Positions 37,262-47,178 of a stretch of 64,000 bases of DNA are shown one piece after another. The notes below the pieces were generated by a model. The model was not told where the DNA came from and searched no databases. It worked only from the letters and a program-made list of their open reading frames with translations. The DNA is from Muribaculaceae bacterium (GTDB lineage Bacteria > Bacteroidota > Bacteroidia > Bacteroidales > Muribaculaceae): the NCBI GenBank assembly GCA_045133615.1, contig JBGUUQ010000051.1:22197-86196 (forward strand). Direction: 5' to 3'. The position numbers were made by a program, and so were the translations under genes. The number at the start of each line of letters is the position of its first letter. Positions within the stretch are counted from its first letter, which is position 1.

Positions 37262-37291
37262 AGCCTTCTCAATTTTGAGGAGGCTTTTTTT
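37262..37291 (+). terminator. rho-independent terminator after the efflux operon
   Basis: AGCCTTCTCAA-tt-TTGAGGAGGCT (one G-T pair) is followed by TTTTTTT. Confidence 0.65.
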
Positions 37292-37360
37292 CATCCCTAC
37301 ATGAACAATCCGACACCCCTCCGCGTTTTACTTGCAAACAAACAAAAAAACGTATCAACA

Positions 37361-37936
37361 ATGGAATACACCCAACCCAAACTCCCTTACGCCACCGATG
37401 CGTTGGAGCCTGCTATCAGCAAAAAGACTGTCGAATTTCACTATGGTAAACACGAAAAAGCCTATATCGACAATCTCAACAACATGATTAAAGGCACCGA
37501 ATTCGAACGTCTCGAACTCGAAGAAATCATCCGACGCGCCACAGGCCCATTGTTCAACAATGCCTCCCAAGCGTGGAACCATATATTCTATTTCTTCTCT
37601 TTTTCCCCCTTTGGAGGCGGCGAACCCGAAGGAGAACTCGCTGAAGCCATCATCGCCCAATTCGGCTCTTTTGAAACTTTCAAAAAGACATTTGTCGAAG
37701 CCGGCGTAAAGATTTTCGGTTCCGGTTGGGTATGGCTCTCCAAAGATTCCGAAGGCAAACTCGTCATCACTCAGGAAAGCAATGCAGGCAATCCTCTCAC
37801 AAGCGGATTAAGCCCCTTGCTCACCTTCGATGTCTGGGAACACGCCTACTATCTCGACCACCAAAACCGACGTGCCGATGCCCTCAATGCACTTTGGAAC
37901 ATCGTCGATTGGGACATCATTAGCAGTCGATACTAA
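37361..37936 (+). CDS. Fe/Mn superoxide dismutase
   Basis: Starting at MEYTQPKLPYATDALEP..S..T.EFHYGKHE it has the canonical Fe/Mn-SOD N-terminus, and the C-terminal DVWEHAYYL is present. The track start at 37301 would run straight on from the upstream terminator. Confidence 0.93.
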   Translation: MEYTQPKLPYATDALEPAISKKTVEFHYGKHEKAYIDNLNNMIKGTEFERLELEEIIRRATGPLFNNASQAWNHIFYFFSFSPFGGGEPEGELAEAIIAQFGSFETFKKTFVEAGVKIFGSGWVWLSKDSEGKLVITQESNAGNPLTSGLSPLLTFDVWEHAYYLDHQNRRADALNALWNIVDWDIISSRY

Positions 37937-38108
37937 TCCTTTTTTTCTTACGAATTTTCGTACTTTTCTCATATGGATTTAACGCATAGCGTACATTAAC
38001 TTTAGCACTTAATAAGCATAATGTGATGAATGGAGAAGGAGGTCTGCGTGAGCAGCCCTCTTTTTCTTTCCCACACCACAAATCGAAACTCTCAATTTTT
38101 CAATTCCC

Positions 38109-38768
38109 ATGCGCCCACTTCTGCTCTCATTCCATATCCTCACCCTCATCGCTGCACTGATTCTCATCGTAGTCATATCCTACGATGCTTTCACCAACAT
38201 ATCCTTTCTTGCCGACAGTTGGTACCTCACCATCCAATTCTGGGTATGCATCTTCTTCATGCTCGATTTCTTCGTCGAATGGATATTCTCGCCTCGCAAA
38301 TGGCACTATCTCCTCACACGCGCCATCTTTCTGCTCGTTAGTATCCCATATCTCAACATCATCAACCACTACCATATCGAGATACCCGAATCGCTATCCT
38401 ATGCCATTCGCTTCATCCCCATGTTGCGTGCAGCCTATGCACTTGCCATCATCACCCGCCTTCTATCTTCCGACCGCATCTCCGGTCTATTCTCATGCTA
38501 CATCATCCTGCTGCTCACTTCTGTCTACTTTTCCGCCATCATCTTCTACATCACCGAACATTATGTCAATCCCTTAGTCACCGACTTTTGGAACTCACTT
38601 TGGTGGGCATTCATGAACGTCACCACAGTCGGCTGCAACATCAACGCCATCACCACTACCGGCATGATACTTGCTGTCATCTTATCAGCCGAAGGACTCA
38701 TCTTATTTCCCGTTTTCACCATCTATATCACCAATGCTCTGACTCGGACTCCCGACAAACAAGCCTAA
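38109..38768 (+). CDS. ion transport (6-TM cation channel-like) protein with a non-canonical pore filter
   Basis: 219 aa. It has multiple TM segments and a pore-helix/filter region, SLWWAFMNVTTVGCNINAITTTG, resembling the K-channel WW..VTMTTVGYGD. Confidence 0.7.
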   Translation: MRPLLLSFHILTLIAALILIVVISYDAFTNISFLADSWYLTIQFWVCIFFMLDFFVEWIFSPRKWHYLLTRAIFLLVSIPYLNIINHYHIEIPESLSYAIRFIPMLRAAYALAIITRLLSSDRISGLFSCYIILLLTSVYFSAIIFYITEHYVNPLVTDFWNSLWWAFMNVTTVGCNINAITTTGMILAVILSAEGLILFPVFTIYITNALTRTPDKQA

Positions 38769-38835
38769 AATCCGAAAAATCTGCAATATCGGCGCATTCA
38801 TATCCTCCCACACTTCATCTTGCAAAAATTTTCGC

Positions 38836-38843
38836 TATATTTG
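38836..38843 (+). promoter_or_regulatory. candidate -7 box TATATTTG
   Basis: Matches TAnnTTTG, 21 nt upstream of the ATG at 38865. Confidence 0.4.
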
Positions 38844-38864
38844 TAGATTATTTATCTATTTAAA

Positions 38865-40205
38865 ATGAAGAAAATCGTCATTTCGGTCGCTGCATTGCTC
38901 GCTGTCAACTCCGCCATTGCCCAAATTTCTTTCTCAGGCAACAGTCGCGAAGTTATTACCGTCTCCCCTCAGGCTTCGACCGGACTAAATAATATCTACG
39001 TCCTTTACGACACCAACGGTGTTTCCATAAGCTACACCGCCTCTTCATCCTCTTCTGCCATCACTTGGTATCGCTTCAGCAACCTCGGAGGAGCCTATGC
39101 AGAGCCGATTTCCGGCATCACACATTCAGGGTCCGTATATACACTCCCCTCGGTTGAAGGCGACATGGGATATATCGTCGAAGAAGGCTCCCGACGCACC
39201 TATTTTTGGATAGTCGATTATGCCGCTCACTATCTCGACTTGCAGTCGCTTACAGTCTCTGCCGAGCAAGATTGCGCGATGACAGCACTCGAAACTATGG
39301 GCAATGGTGATAAAATCTTATACTACACCATCAACGGCCGTCAGATGGAACTCGACCGCGAACTCTCGCTGCAATATTCCACCCTCGAATGGAATTCCGA
39401 CAGCGAAACCTATGTCCAAGTCGAAACCACCGAGACCTTCTCGTATCTCCCCTCCGTCATCTATACCGCTGCTCCACTTTGCGACACCGATTTCTCACTC
39501 TCCGGCGACCGCTTCCTGCGTCAATGGGGCGAAGCTGAAACCATAGTGTCCCCCTCTTTCTCCACCATAGCCGTTGCTGCCGAAACATCTGCCACACAGA
39601 CCACACGCGAAAACGACAATGAGCAGAAAGAAGATGGAGCCGCTCTTGGAGGCTCCGCTCCGGTAGAGATCACATTCAAGGCAGCAGTAACCGATGCCGC
39701 CATATATCGCGAATGGCAGATTTCCGAAGACATCGAATTTGAAAACATATCGATGCGGTTCAACGAACTTGAGACCACCCACACTTTCTTGGACTACGGC
39801 ACCTACTACGTTCGCTTCATGGCAAGCAACGATGCCGGCACATGCGACTATTACGGTGCTACCTACGAAATCTCCGTCGGAGAATCTCGATTGGAATGTC
39901 CCAACGCATTTTCCCCCGGTGCCACCGAAGGTGTCAACGATGAGTGGAAAGTCAGCTACAAATCCATCACATCTTTTGAATGTCACATCTTCAACCGATG
40001 GGGCATAAAAGTAGCCGAATTCTCCGATCCTTCTCAAGGATGGGACGGCCGCCACAACGGCAAACTCGTTCCGGCTGGCGTTTACTACTACGTTATTAAA
40101 GCCCGCGGTGCCGATGGTCGGGACTACGACCTTAAAGGCGACATCAACATTATCAACTACAACGGTACTCTCAACGGTACCACATCAAACCCCGCAACAG
40201 AATGA
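38865..40205 (+). CDS. secreted protein with T9SS type-B (gliding-motility-associated) C-terminal domain
   Basis: It has a signal peptide, and the C-terminus NAFSPGATEGVNDEWKVSYKSITSFECHIFNRWGIKV......GWDGRHNGKLVPAGVYYYVI matches the CHU_C/type-B sorting domain pattern. Confidence 0.8.
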   Translation: MKKIVISVAALLAVNSAIAQISFSGNSREVITVSPQASTGLNNIYVLYDTNGVSISYTASSSSSAITWYRFSNLGGAYAEPISGITHSGSVYTLPSVEGDMGYIVEEGSRRTYFWIVDYAAHYLDLQSLTVSAEQDCAMTALETMGNGDKILYYTINGRQMELDRELSLQYSTLEWNSDSETYVQVETTETFSYLPSVIYTAAPLCDTDFSLSGDRFLRQWGEAETIVSPSFSTIAVAAETSATQTTRENDNEQKEDGAALGGSAPVEITFKAAVTDAAIYREWQISEDIEFENISMRFNELETTHTFLDYGTYYVRFMASNDAGTCDYYGATYEISVGESRLECPNAFSPGATEGVNDEWKVSYKSITSFECHIFNRWGIKVAEFSDPSQGWDGRHNGKLVPAGVYYYVIKARGADGRDYDLKGDINIINYNGTLNGTTSNPATE

Positions 40206-41158
40206 ATTTAAAATACATCACCCGCTCCCTGATTGTATCCACAATCCTTGGAGCATCATCCATCGCGGCCGTAGCAGCCGACGATAGTGCAAAAAGCGCC
40301 GTTTTTTCTCGTGTTGAAAACCCGGAAATTCCTCGTTCCATGGAATTTGCTGGAAAAAAAATCGACTTGGATCGTACCGACATGTACGAACGTCTCGATC
40401 GTGAACTCACCTCGATGATCTACACACATGGCAACACCCTGTTAGTCATCAAGCGAGCCAACAAATATTTCCCCATACTTGCCCCAATCCTCAAGAAAAA
40501 CGGCATCCCCGCCGATATGATATATCTCGCATGTATCGAAAGTACACTTAATATTCGAGCTTATTCATCGGCAAAAGCTGCCGGCTTGTGGCAATTCATT
40601 CCAAGCACTGCAAAGCAATACGGCTTGGAAGTCTCCGACGAAGTCGATGAGCGTTACCACATCGAAAAAGAGACCGCTGCCGCTTGTCGATACTTCAAAA
40701 AAGCCCTCGAATTATACGGCAATTGGGAATCGGTAGCCGCATCCTACAACGGCGGTATGGCCCGTATCAGCAACGAACTCAGTTCGCAACAAGCATCCTC
40801 GGCCTACGATCTCTACCTCGTTGACGAAACCTCACGCTATATGTTCCGACTTTTGGCAATGAAAGTCATCATGGAAAATCCCGCTCGCTTCGGTTTCCGA
40901 CTGTCAAAACACCAACTTTACCAACCGGTCGAATACACCGAAGTCACCGTCGATGACGCCGTTGAAGACTGGCCCACATGGGCAAAAGAACACGGCATTA
41001 CATTTGCCCAACTACGCGAACACAACCCTTGGATTCGCGCAAAAAAGCTCACCAACAAGACAAAAAAGACCTACACCATTAAGATTCCGAAACAAAGCAG
41101 TCTTTACCGCTCACGTCAGGAACAGTCTGTCTACAATCCTAATTGGGTAATCGACTAA
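40202..41158 (+). CDS. lytic transglycosylase (SLT domain, MltD-like)
   Basis: 318 aa with a signal peptide. The SLT catalytic region is CIESTLNIRAYSSAKAAGLWQFIPSTAKQYGL. An ATGA overlap couples it to the upstream gene. Confidence 0.85.
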   Translation: MNLKYITRSLIVSTILGASSIAAVAADDSAKSAVFSRVENPEIPRSMEFAGKKIDLDRTDMYERLDRELTSMIYTHGNTLLVIKRANKYFPILAPILKKNGIPADMIYLACIESTLNIRAYSSAKAAGLWQFIPSTAKQYGLEVSDEVDERYHIEKETAAACRYFKKALELYGNWESVAASYNGGMARISNELSSQQASSAYDLYLVDETSRYMFRLLAMKVIMENPARFGFRLSKHQLYQPVEYTEVTVDDAVEDWPTWAKEHGITFAQLREHNPWIRAKKLTNKTKKTYTIKIPKQSSLYRSRQEQSVYNPNWVID

Positions 41159-41171
41159 TAGCTTATTCATT

Positions 41172-43988
41172 ATGGGTGAATTTATTGATAGCTTGTCAAT
41201 TTTTGGCGCAAGGGTCAACAATCTCAAGAACATTGACGTGACCATTCCGCACAACAAACTTTCGGTCATCACCGGACTGAGTGGCAGCGGAAAATCCTCT
41301 CTTGCCTTCGACACCATTTACGCCGAAGGCCAGCGTCGCTATATTGAGACTTTCTCTTCCTATGCCCGCAACATGCTTGGGGCATTGGAGCGTCCCGATG
41401 TCGACAACATTTCGGGCCTTAGTCCCGTGATTGCCATTGAGCAAAAGACTATCAATCGCAACCCGCGAAGCACTATCGGCACCACTACCGAAATCTACGA
41501 TTTCCTGCGACTCCTATTCGCACGCGTAGGCACCGCCAGAAGCTACATCTCCGGTGAGCCGATGATCAAGTACACCGAAGAGCGTATTATCGACCTCATT
41601 CTCCAAAAATACAATGGTCGTCGCATATACATCCTCGCGCCACTCATCAAAAACCGCAAAGGCCACTACAAAGACCTTTTTGAGACTCAACGTAAAAAGG
41701 GCTACCTCAATGTTCGTGTCGATGGTGAGATTCGTGAGATTACATTCGGAATGAAACTCGACCGTTACAAAAACCACTCCATAGAACTCGTCATCGACAA
41801 AATGGTAGTCTCCTCTCGCGATGCCGAGCGTCTGCGCGACACCGTAAGCACCGCCCTAAAGCAAGGCGACAAGCAACTGATGATATATGATGTCGATGCC
41901 GACTCCATTGGCCATTACAGCCAACTGTTGATGGATCCTGTCAGCGGTATTTCATATCGGGAGCCGGCTCCTCACAACTTCTCATTCAACTCTCCGCAAG
42001 GAGCCTGCCCATGCTGCAAAGGACTGGGATACGTAAATATTGTCGATAGAAACAAACTTATCCCCGACAACTCGCTGTCTATCCACGACGGCGGAATAGT
42101 CGCCCTTGGAAAATACAAGAATGCCATGATATTCTGGCAGATAGCGGCTATATGCGAGAAATACGGCCACACACTCAAAACCCCGATTAAAGACCTTTGC
42201 GAAGAAGCTATCAACGATATTCTCAACGGCACTACCGAGCGACTCGCTGTAAAAACAGAGACTCTTAGCACCTCCAACTATTTCCTCTCCTACGAAGGAA
42301 TAGTAAAATATATCGAACTCCAGCAAAACGACGAAGCATCATCTGCCGCTCAAAAATGGAGCGGACAGTTCTTCTCGCGAGCCGTATGTCCGGAATGTAA
42401 TGGACAGCGACTCAACCGTGAAGCTCTACACTTCTTCATCGGCGATAAAAACATTGCCGACCTTTCTGCTCTCGATATTTCCGACCTATACCGGTGGGCG
42501 CTTTCGGCCGACAGCCTCCTAAGCCCCTCACAAGCAATCATTGCCGGCGAAATTCTCAAAGAAATTCGCACTCGTCTTAAATTTCTCGTCGACGTAGGGC
42601 TCGAATACCTCTCTCTCAATCGCAATTCTGCCACTCTCTCCGGAGGAGAAAGCCAACGCATCAGACTTGCCACTCAATTAGGCTCCGAACTGGTCAACGT
42701 GATGTACATACTCGACGAACCAAGCATCGGACTACATCAACGCGACAACAAGCGACTGATCGATTCGCTGAAACGCCTGCGCGATGCCGGAAATTCTGTT
42801 ATCGTCGTTGAGCACGACAAAGACATGATGCTCGAAGCCGATTATATTGTCGACATAGGCCCGAAAGCCGGACGAAAAGGGGGTGAAGTGGTATTTTCGG
42901 GAACTCCGAAAGAGATGCTCTCCACCCACACTCTCACAGCCGACTATCTCAACGGCAACAAAACCATCCCCGTACCTACCGCTCGACGTAAAGGAAACGG
43001 GAAAAATATCATCCTCTCAGGATGCACCGGCAACAACTTGCGCGACGTTACATTCACCCTCCCGTTGGGGCAATTTGTATGCGTGGCGGGAGTGTCTGGC
43101 AGCGGCAAATCAAGCCTTGTAAACGGCACTCTGCAACCGATTCTAAGCCAACGATTCTATCGCTCCAACCAAGAGCCCTTGCCTTACAAGGAGATTCTCG
43201 GAATCGACAACATCGATAAAGTCGTTACAGTCGACCAATCACCCTTAGGACGCTCTCCGCGCTCAAATCCGGCCACCTATACCGGTGTTTTCGCCGACAT
43301 CCGCAGTCTCTTTGTCAACCTTCCGGAAGCCAAAATCCGTGGTTACAAGCCGGGACGTTTCTCCTTCAATGTATCCGGCGGTCGATGCGAATCATGCAAC
43401 GGAAATGGCTATAAGACCATCGAAATGAACTTCCTCCCCGACGTCCTTGTCCCTTGCGAAGTCTGTGGCGGAAAACGCTACAATCGAGAAACTCTTGAAG
43501 TGCGCTTCAAAGGCAAATCCATTGCCGACGTGCTTGATATGACAATAAATCAGGCTGTCGAATTTTTTGCCGGAATACCCAATATTCTCAACAAAATAAA
43601 GGTTCTGCAAGACATTGGATTAGGATATATCAAACTCGGACAACCGTCAAGCACACTCTCCGGAGGCGAAAATCAGCGTGTAAAACTCGCTACCGAGCTC
43701 GCCAAACGCGATACGGGAAAGACCCTGTTCATCCTTGACGAACCCACTACAGGACTCCATTTTGAAGACATCAACGTTCTTTTAGGCGTACTCAATCGTC
43801 TCGTCGATAAAGGCAACACCGTCCTTGTCATAGAGCACAATCTCGACGTTATAAAATGCGCCGACCATATTATTGATATGGGACCCGAAGGGGGTAAAAA
43901 CGGCGGAAAAATCATCGCTACAGGCACTCCCGAACAGATTGCCGAGGGAAATTCCCCGACAGCCGAATTCATACGCGCTGAGCTCTGA
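41172..43988 (+). CDS. uvrA: excinuclease ABC subunit A
   Basis: 938 aa. It has duplicated ABC ATPase modules (GLSGSGKSSLAFDT, GVSGSGKSSLV) and zinc-finger Cys clusters (CPCCKG, CPECNG, CESCNGNG...CEVCGG). Confidence 0.97.
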   Translation: MGEFIDSLSIFGARVNNLKNIDVTIPHNKLSVITGLSGSGKSSLAFDTIYAEGQRRYIETFSSYARNMLGALERPDVDNISGLSPVIAIEQKTINRNPRSTIGTTTEIYDFLRLLFARVGTARSYISGEPMIKYTEERIIDLILQKYNGRRIYILAPLIKNRKGHYKDLFETQRKKGYLNVRVDGEIREITFGMKLDRYKNHSIELVIDKMVVSSRDAERLRDTVSTALKQGDKQLMIYDVDADSIGHYSQLLMDPVSGISYREPAPHNFSFNSPQGACPCCKGLGYVNIVDRNKLIPDNSLSIHDGGIVALGKYKNAMIFWQIAAICEKYGHTLKTPIKDLCEEAINDILNGTTERLAVKTETLSTSNYFLSYEGIVKYIELQQNDEASSAAQKWSGQFFSRAVCPECNGQRLNREALHFFIGDKNIADLSALDISDLYRWALSADSLLSPSQAIIAGEILKEIRTRLKFLVDVGLEYLSLNRNSATLSGGESQRIRLATQLGSELVNVMYILDEPSIGLHQRDNKRLIDSLKRLRDAGNSVIVVEHDKDMMLEADYIVDIGPKAGRKGGEVVFSGTPKEMLSTHTLTADYLNGNKTIPVPTARRKGNGKNIILSGCTGNNLRDVTFTLPLGQFVCVAGVSGSGKSSLVNGTLQPILSQRFYRSNQEPLPYKEILGIDNIDKVVTVDQSPLGRSPRSNPATYTGVFADIRSLFVNLPEAKIRGYKPGRFSFNVSGGRCESCNGNGYKTIEMNFLPDVLVPCEVCGGKRYNRETLEVRFKGKSIADVLDMTINQAVEFFAGIPNILNKIKVLQDIGLGYIKLGQPSSTLSGGENQRVKLATELAKRDTGKTLFILDEPTTGLHFEDINVLLGVLNRLVDKGNTVLVIEHNLDVIKCADHIIDMGPEGGKNGGKIIATGTPEQIAEGNSPTAEFIRAEL

Positions 43989-44738
43989 ACATCTACACCA
44001 AATCTCTCTTTCCCAAAATTAGAGTCCATCTCTCTTGATTAATCCGTTTTTATAGGCGTAAAAAATTTTTTGATTTTTACGCTCATCCTTGTTTGCAATT
44101 TAAAATACGCAATTCTCATTATGTTATAAAACATATTTTTCTCACATTTCTACTTATTCGTCTGTTTTTCAGTAATTTACGCTTACTATTATATAACTAC
44201 AACCAATTTCAACATCTGACACCTCCATTAATTTACATTTACATACTTGCGATTTACAATCACATACAAACATTTGCTTTAACATGTTCAGCACCGCAAT
44301 TTCAATTTCCAAATTCACAAACCACTCGCTTTGCGTTTGTAAATTCGTATTTCTGTTTATCTTTCAGAACAGCAAAATTACATTCGTATCGTCGATTTAC
44401 TCCTGTTTACTCAGCCCATCATCGTGGTTACATTCTTTAATTTCATCCATTTTAATTAATTAGCAATCATCGTAATTTACTGATATTCATACTAATTATA
44501 CATAAAAATCAATCTTTTAGTTTAATATATCGCATAAACCATACCAAATTCCGCCAGCATCCACATGTATCGCCGTAGTAATACACTAATACCCACTAAA
44601 TTACAGCAATATCGTAAACGATTTATTTAACAAAATCCACTCTCTATACCCTACCCCATAATTTGACTATTCTCATTATTAAATTACTCAAGTTGGATCA
44701 TTTATCTTTGCAAATTTGGAAATTCCAATTTTAATAAT

Positions 44739-44746
44739 TACATTTG
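44739..44746 (+). promoter_or_regulatory. candidate -7 box TACATTTG
   Basis: Matches TAnnTTTG, 29 nt upstream of the ATG at 44776. A second box, TATCTTTG, lies at 44703-44710. Confidence 0.4.
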
Positions 44747-44775
44747 CATATCGAAAGTTTTAAATTATAAACACA

Positions 44776-45312
44776 ATGGACATCGTTTCACGAATCAAAA
44801 TTTTCATGAATTACCTGCAAATTGCAAATTCTCAATTTGCAGATACATGTAAAATTCCCCGCCCTACAATTTCTCAGATCCTAAACGGACGCAATAAAAA
44901 GATCAGCGATGAAATCATTGGCAAAATTCATGAAGCCTACCCTTCGCTTTCCGTCCTTTGGCTGATGTTTGGCGAGGGAGAGATGGTGATTGATTCAAAT
45001 ATTAAAATCTCAGAGCCTCAAAACGAAGACACAATCGACTTCGACAACCCGCATATATCTGTCGATGAGGGCATTATGCAATCGATTGACTTCGATGAAA
45101 ACTTTTCCGATTCCATGTCAGAAAATTCAGAAACGCAAACTGATGACCAAAATCAGCCAGAAGCACAAGAAATTACAATCAAATCGACTGAAAAGACAGC
45201 ACAACAATCCAATTCAATTTCATTCTGTGCCGACAGCTCCAAAAAGATTGTCAACATTATGGTATTTTACAGCGACAACAGTTTTCAGCAATTCACCCCC
45301 ATCAAACCATAG
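44776..45312 (+). CDS. helix-turn-helix (XRE-like) DNA-binding protein with an acidic low-complexity linker
   Basis: The N-terminus is SRIKIFMNYLQIANSQFADTCKIPRPTISQILNGRNK.S.E...KI.EAYP.LS..WLM.GEGEM. The same domain signature recurs in the ORF at 51745. Confidence 0.7.
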   Translation: MDIVSRIKIFMNYLQIANSQFADTCKIPRPTISQILNGRNKKISDEIIGKIHEAYPSLSVLWLMFGEGEMVIDSNIKISEPQNEDTIDFDNPHISVDEGIMQSIDFDENFSDSMSENSETQTDDQNQPEAQEITIKSTEKTAQQSNSISFCADSSKKIVNIMVFYSDNSFQQFTPIKP

Positions 45313-45420
45313 CAAACATTCCATCCGATTAATTTCAATAAATCCAATTCTTTTCCGATATTTGTACTCGACAAAGAATTGGATTTTTTCTATCAATCGA
45401 CTATCACATATATCCAACCA

Positions 45421-46197
45421 ATGAAGAAATATATTCTCGACTTCAAAATTGTGGAAAACATAAAACTCCACAACATCTACTCGCTACTGAAACTATCCCC
45501 CGTTTCAGGCTCTCTGCCCGAAATGCTTCCGGGACAGTTTGTACAGGTAGCTGTCGACGGCTCGAAAACCACATTTTTGCGCCGCCCCATTTCTATCAAC
45601 AACGTCGACCGCGAGAACAACCAATTATGGCTGCTCGTTCGTCGTGCCGGCGACGGAACCGCCCGGCTCATTGACATGTCCGCCGGAGAGATTGTCAACA
45701 TTGTCCTCCCGCTTGGCAACTCTTTCTCCGCGCCCGACGACACAAACGCTCGCCTTCTGCTCGTCGGCGGAGGCGTTGGCGTAGCCCCCATGCTCTACTT
45801 CGGCAAATACCTCCGCTCCCAAGGCTACAAACCCGAATTTCTGTTAGGTGCACGCTCCGCCGTTGATGTTCTGCAACTCGACGAATTCAAATCCATCGGC
45901 GAAGTACACATCTCCACCGAAGACGGCTCTCTTGGCGAACAAGGACTCGTCACCAAACACTCCGCTCTCACTCACAAATGGGACAAAATTTTCTGCTGCG
46001 GCCCCGCTCCCATGATGAAAGCTGTTGCATCTGTTGCTCGCAGCATTGGAGCCGATTGCGAAGTGTCCCTCGAAAACATGATGGCGTGCGGACTTGGTGC
46101 ATGCCTCTGTTGCGTCGAAAAAACAGTGAAAGGAAACGTGTGCGTATGCACCGAAGGTCCCGTATTCAACATAAATCAACTCACATGGCAAGACTAA
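45421..46197 (+). CDS. pyrK: dihydroorotate dehydrogenase electron-transfer subunit
   Basis: It has an FAD/NAD-binding ferredoxin-reductase fold ([13 protein letters not shown]) and a C-terminal 2Fe-2S Cys cluster (C.CGLGAC..C). The start is moved to MKKYILDF at 45421. Confidence 0.9.
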   Translation: MKKYILDFKIVENIKLHNIYSLLKLSPVSGSLPEMLPGQFVQVAVDGSKTTFLRRPISINNVDRENNQLWLLVRRAGDGTARLIDMSAGEIVNIVLPLGNSFSAPDDTNARLLLVGGGVGVAPMLYFGKYLRSQGYKPEFLLGARSAVDVLQLDEFKSIGEVHISTEDGSLGEQGLVTKHSALTHKWDKIFCCGPAPMMKAVASVARSIGADCEVSLENMMACGLGACLCCVEKTVKGNVCVCTEGPVFNINQLTWQD

Positions 46198-47090
46198 ACG
46201 TAAAAATAGGGAACTTAGAGCTGAAAAATCCCGTACTCACCGCCTCCGGAACATTCGGCTATGGTGAAGAATTCAGCGACTTCATCGACCTCAATCGTCT
46301 CGGCGGATTCATCATCAAAGGCACCACACTCAACCATCGCGAAGGTAACCCCTATCCGCGCATGGCAGAGACTCCGTCAGGAATGCTCAATGCCGTCGGT
46401 TTGCAAAACAAAGGCGTCGACTATTTTATCGACAACATCTACCCTCGCATCAAAGACGTCGACAGCCACGTCATCGTCAACGTTTCCGGAGCCACGATCG
46501 ACGACTATGTAGCCGTCTGTGAGCGACTCGCGCCCCTCGATCGCATCAACGCCATCGAAGTCAACATCTCTTGCCCCAACGTCAAGCAAGGTGGCATGGC
46601 TTTCGGTACCACCTGCGACGGAGCCGCTCAAGTCACCCGCGCCGTGCGCAAAGCCTATCCTAAGACTCTTATCGTCAAACTGTCCCCCAACGTCACCGAC
46701 ATCACCGAGATTGCCCGTGCCGTTGAAGCCGAAGGAGCCGACTCCGTCTCGCTCATCAACACCCTCCTCGGTATGGCCATCGACGTAGAGCGTCAGCGCC
46801 CCTACCTCTCCACCATCACCGGAGGCCTCTCAGGGCCCGCCGTACGCCCCATTGCCGTTCGTATGGTATGGCAGGTAGCCCACGCTGTCAAAATCCCCGT
46901 AATCGGTCTCGGAGGCATCATGAACGGACGCGACGCCATCGAGTTCATGCTCGCCGGAGCGCGTGCCGTTGAAATCGGCACCGCCAACTTCGTCGATCCC
47001 GCTGTCACAATGAAAATCATCGACGAAATCGACGACTACTGCACCCGCCACTCCATTGCCGACATCAACGACATCGTCGGAATCATCTGA
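46185..47090 (+). CDS. pyrD: dihydroorotate dehydrogenase 1B catalytic subunit
   Basis: From [27 protein letters not shown], with NISCPN and GGLSG. It overlaps the pyrK stop by 13 nt. The track ORF start at 45978 lies inside pyrK. Confidence 0.92.
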   Translation: MARLNVKIGNLELKNPVLTASGTFGYGEEFSDFIDLNRLGGFIIKGTTLNHREGNPYPRMAETPSGMLNAVGLQNKGVDYFIDNIYPRIKDVDSHVIVNVSGATIDDYVAVCERLAPLDRINAIEVNISCPNVKQGGMAFGTTCDGAAQVTRAVRKAYPKTLIVKLSPNVTDITEIARAVEAEGADSVSLINTLLGMAIDVERQRPYLSTITGGLSGPAVRPIAVRMVWQVAHAVKIPVIGLGGIMNGRDAIEFMLAGARAVEIGTANFVDPAVTMKIIDEIDDYCTRHSIADINDIVGII

Positions 47091-47113
47091 TTTACGACAC
47101 CCCCTTTACATAC

Positions 47114-47152
47114 AAAAAAATCCCGACTCCACATCCGGAGCCGGGATTTTTC
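47114..47152. terminator. bidirectional terminator between pyrD and the MFS gene
   Basis: AAAATCCCGACTCC-6 nt-GGAGCCGGGATTTT (one mismatch) is flanked by an A-run and a T-run. Confidence 0.7.
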
Positions 47153-47178
47153 TTATTATGAATTCGTCAAATTATTTT

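Noticed and set aside
37301-37360. N-terminal extensions are suggested by the ORF track for SOD (37301), pyrK (45379), pyrD (45978), the methyltransferase (49490), the lipoprotein (52860), purF (7413), the GT (1052) and the M15 peptidase (24753).
   Set aside because: In each case an internal ATG gives the canonical family N-terminus or signal peptide. The extension either overlaps a terminator, a promoter box, an upstream gene or an RNA structure, or it relies on a non-ATG start.
44093-44440. A 115-aa ORF lies in the AT-rich tract.
   Set aside because: It has a TTG start, a low-complexity hydrophobic/aromatic translation and no upstream promoter box. It is more likely a by-product of G depletion, which leaves few TAG/TGA stops.
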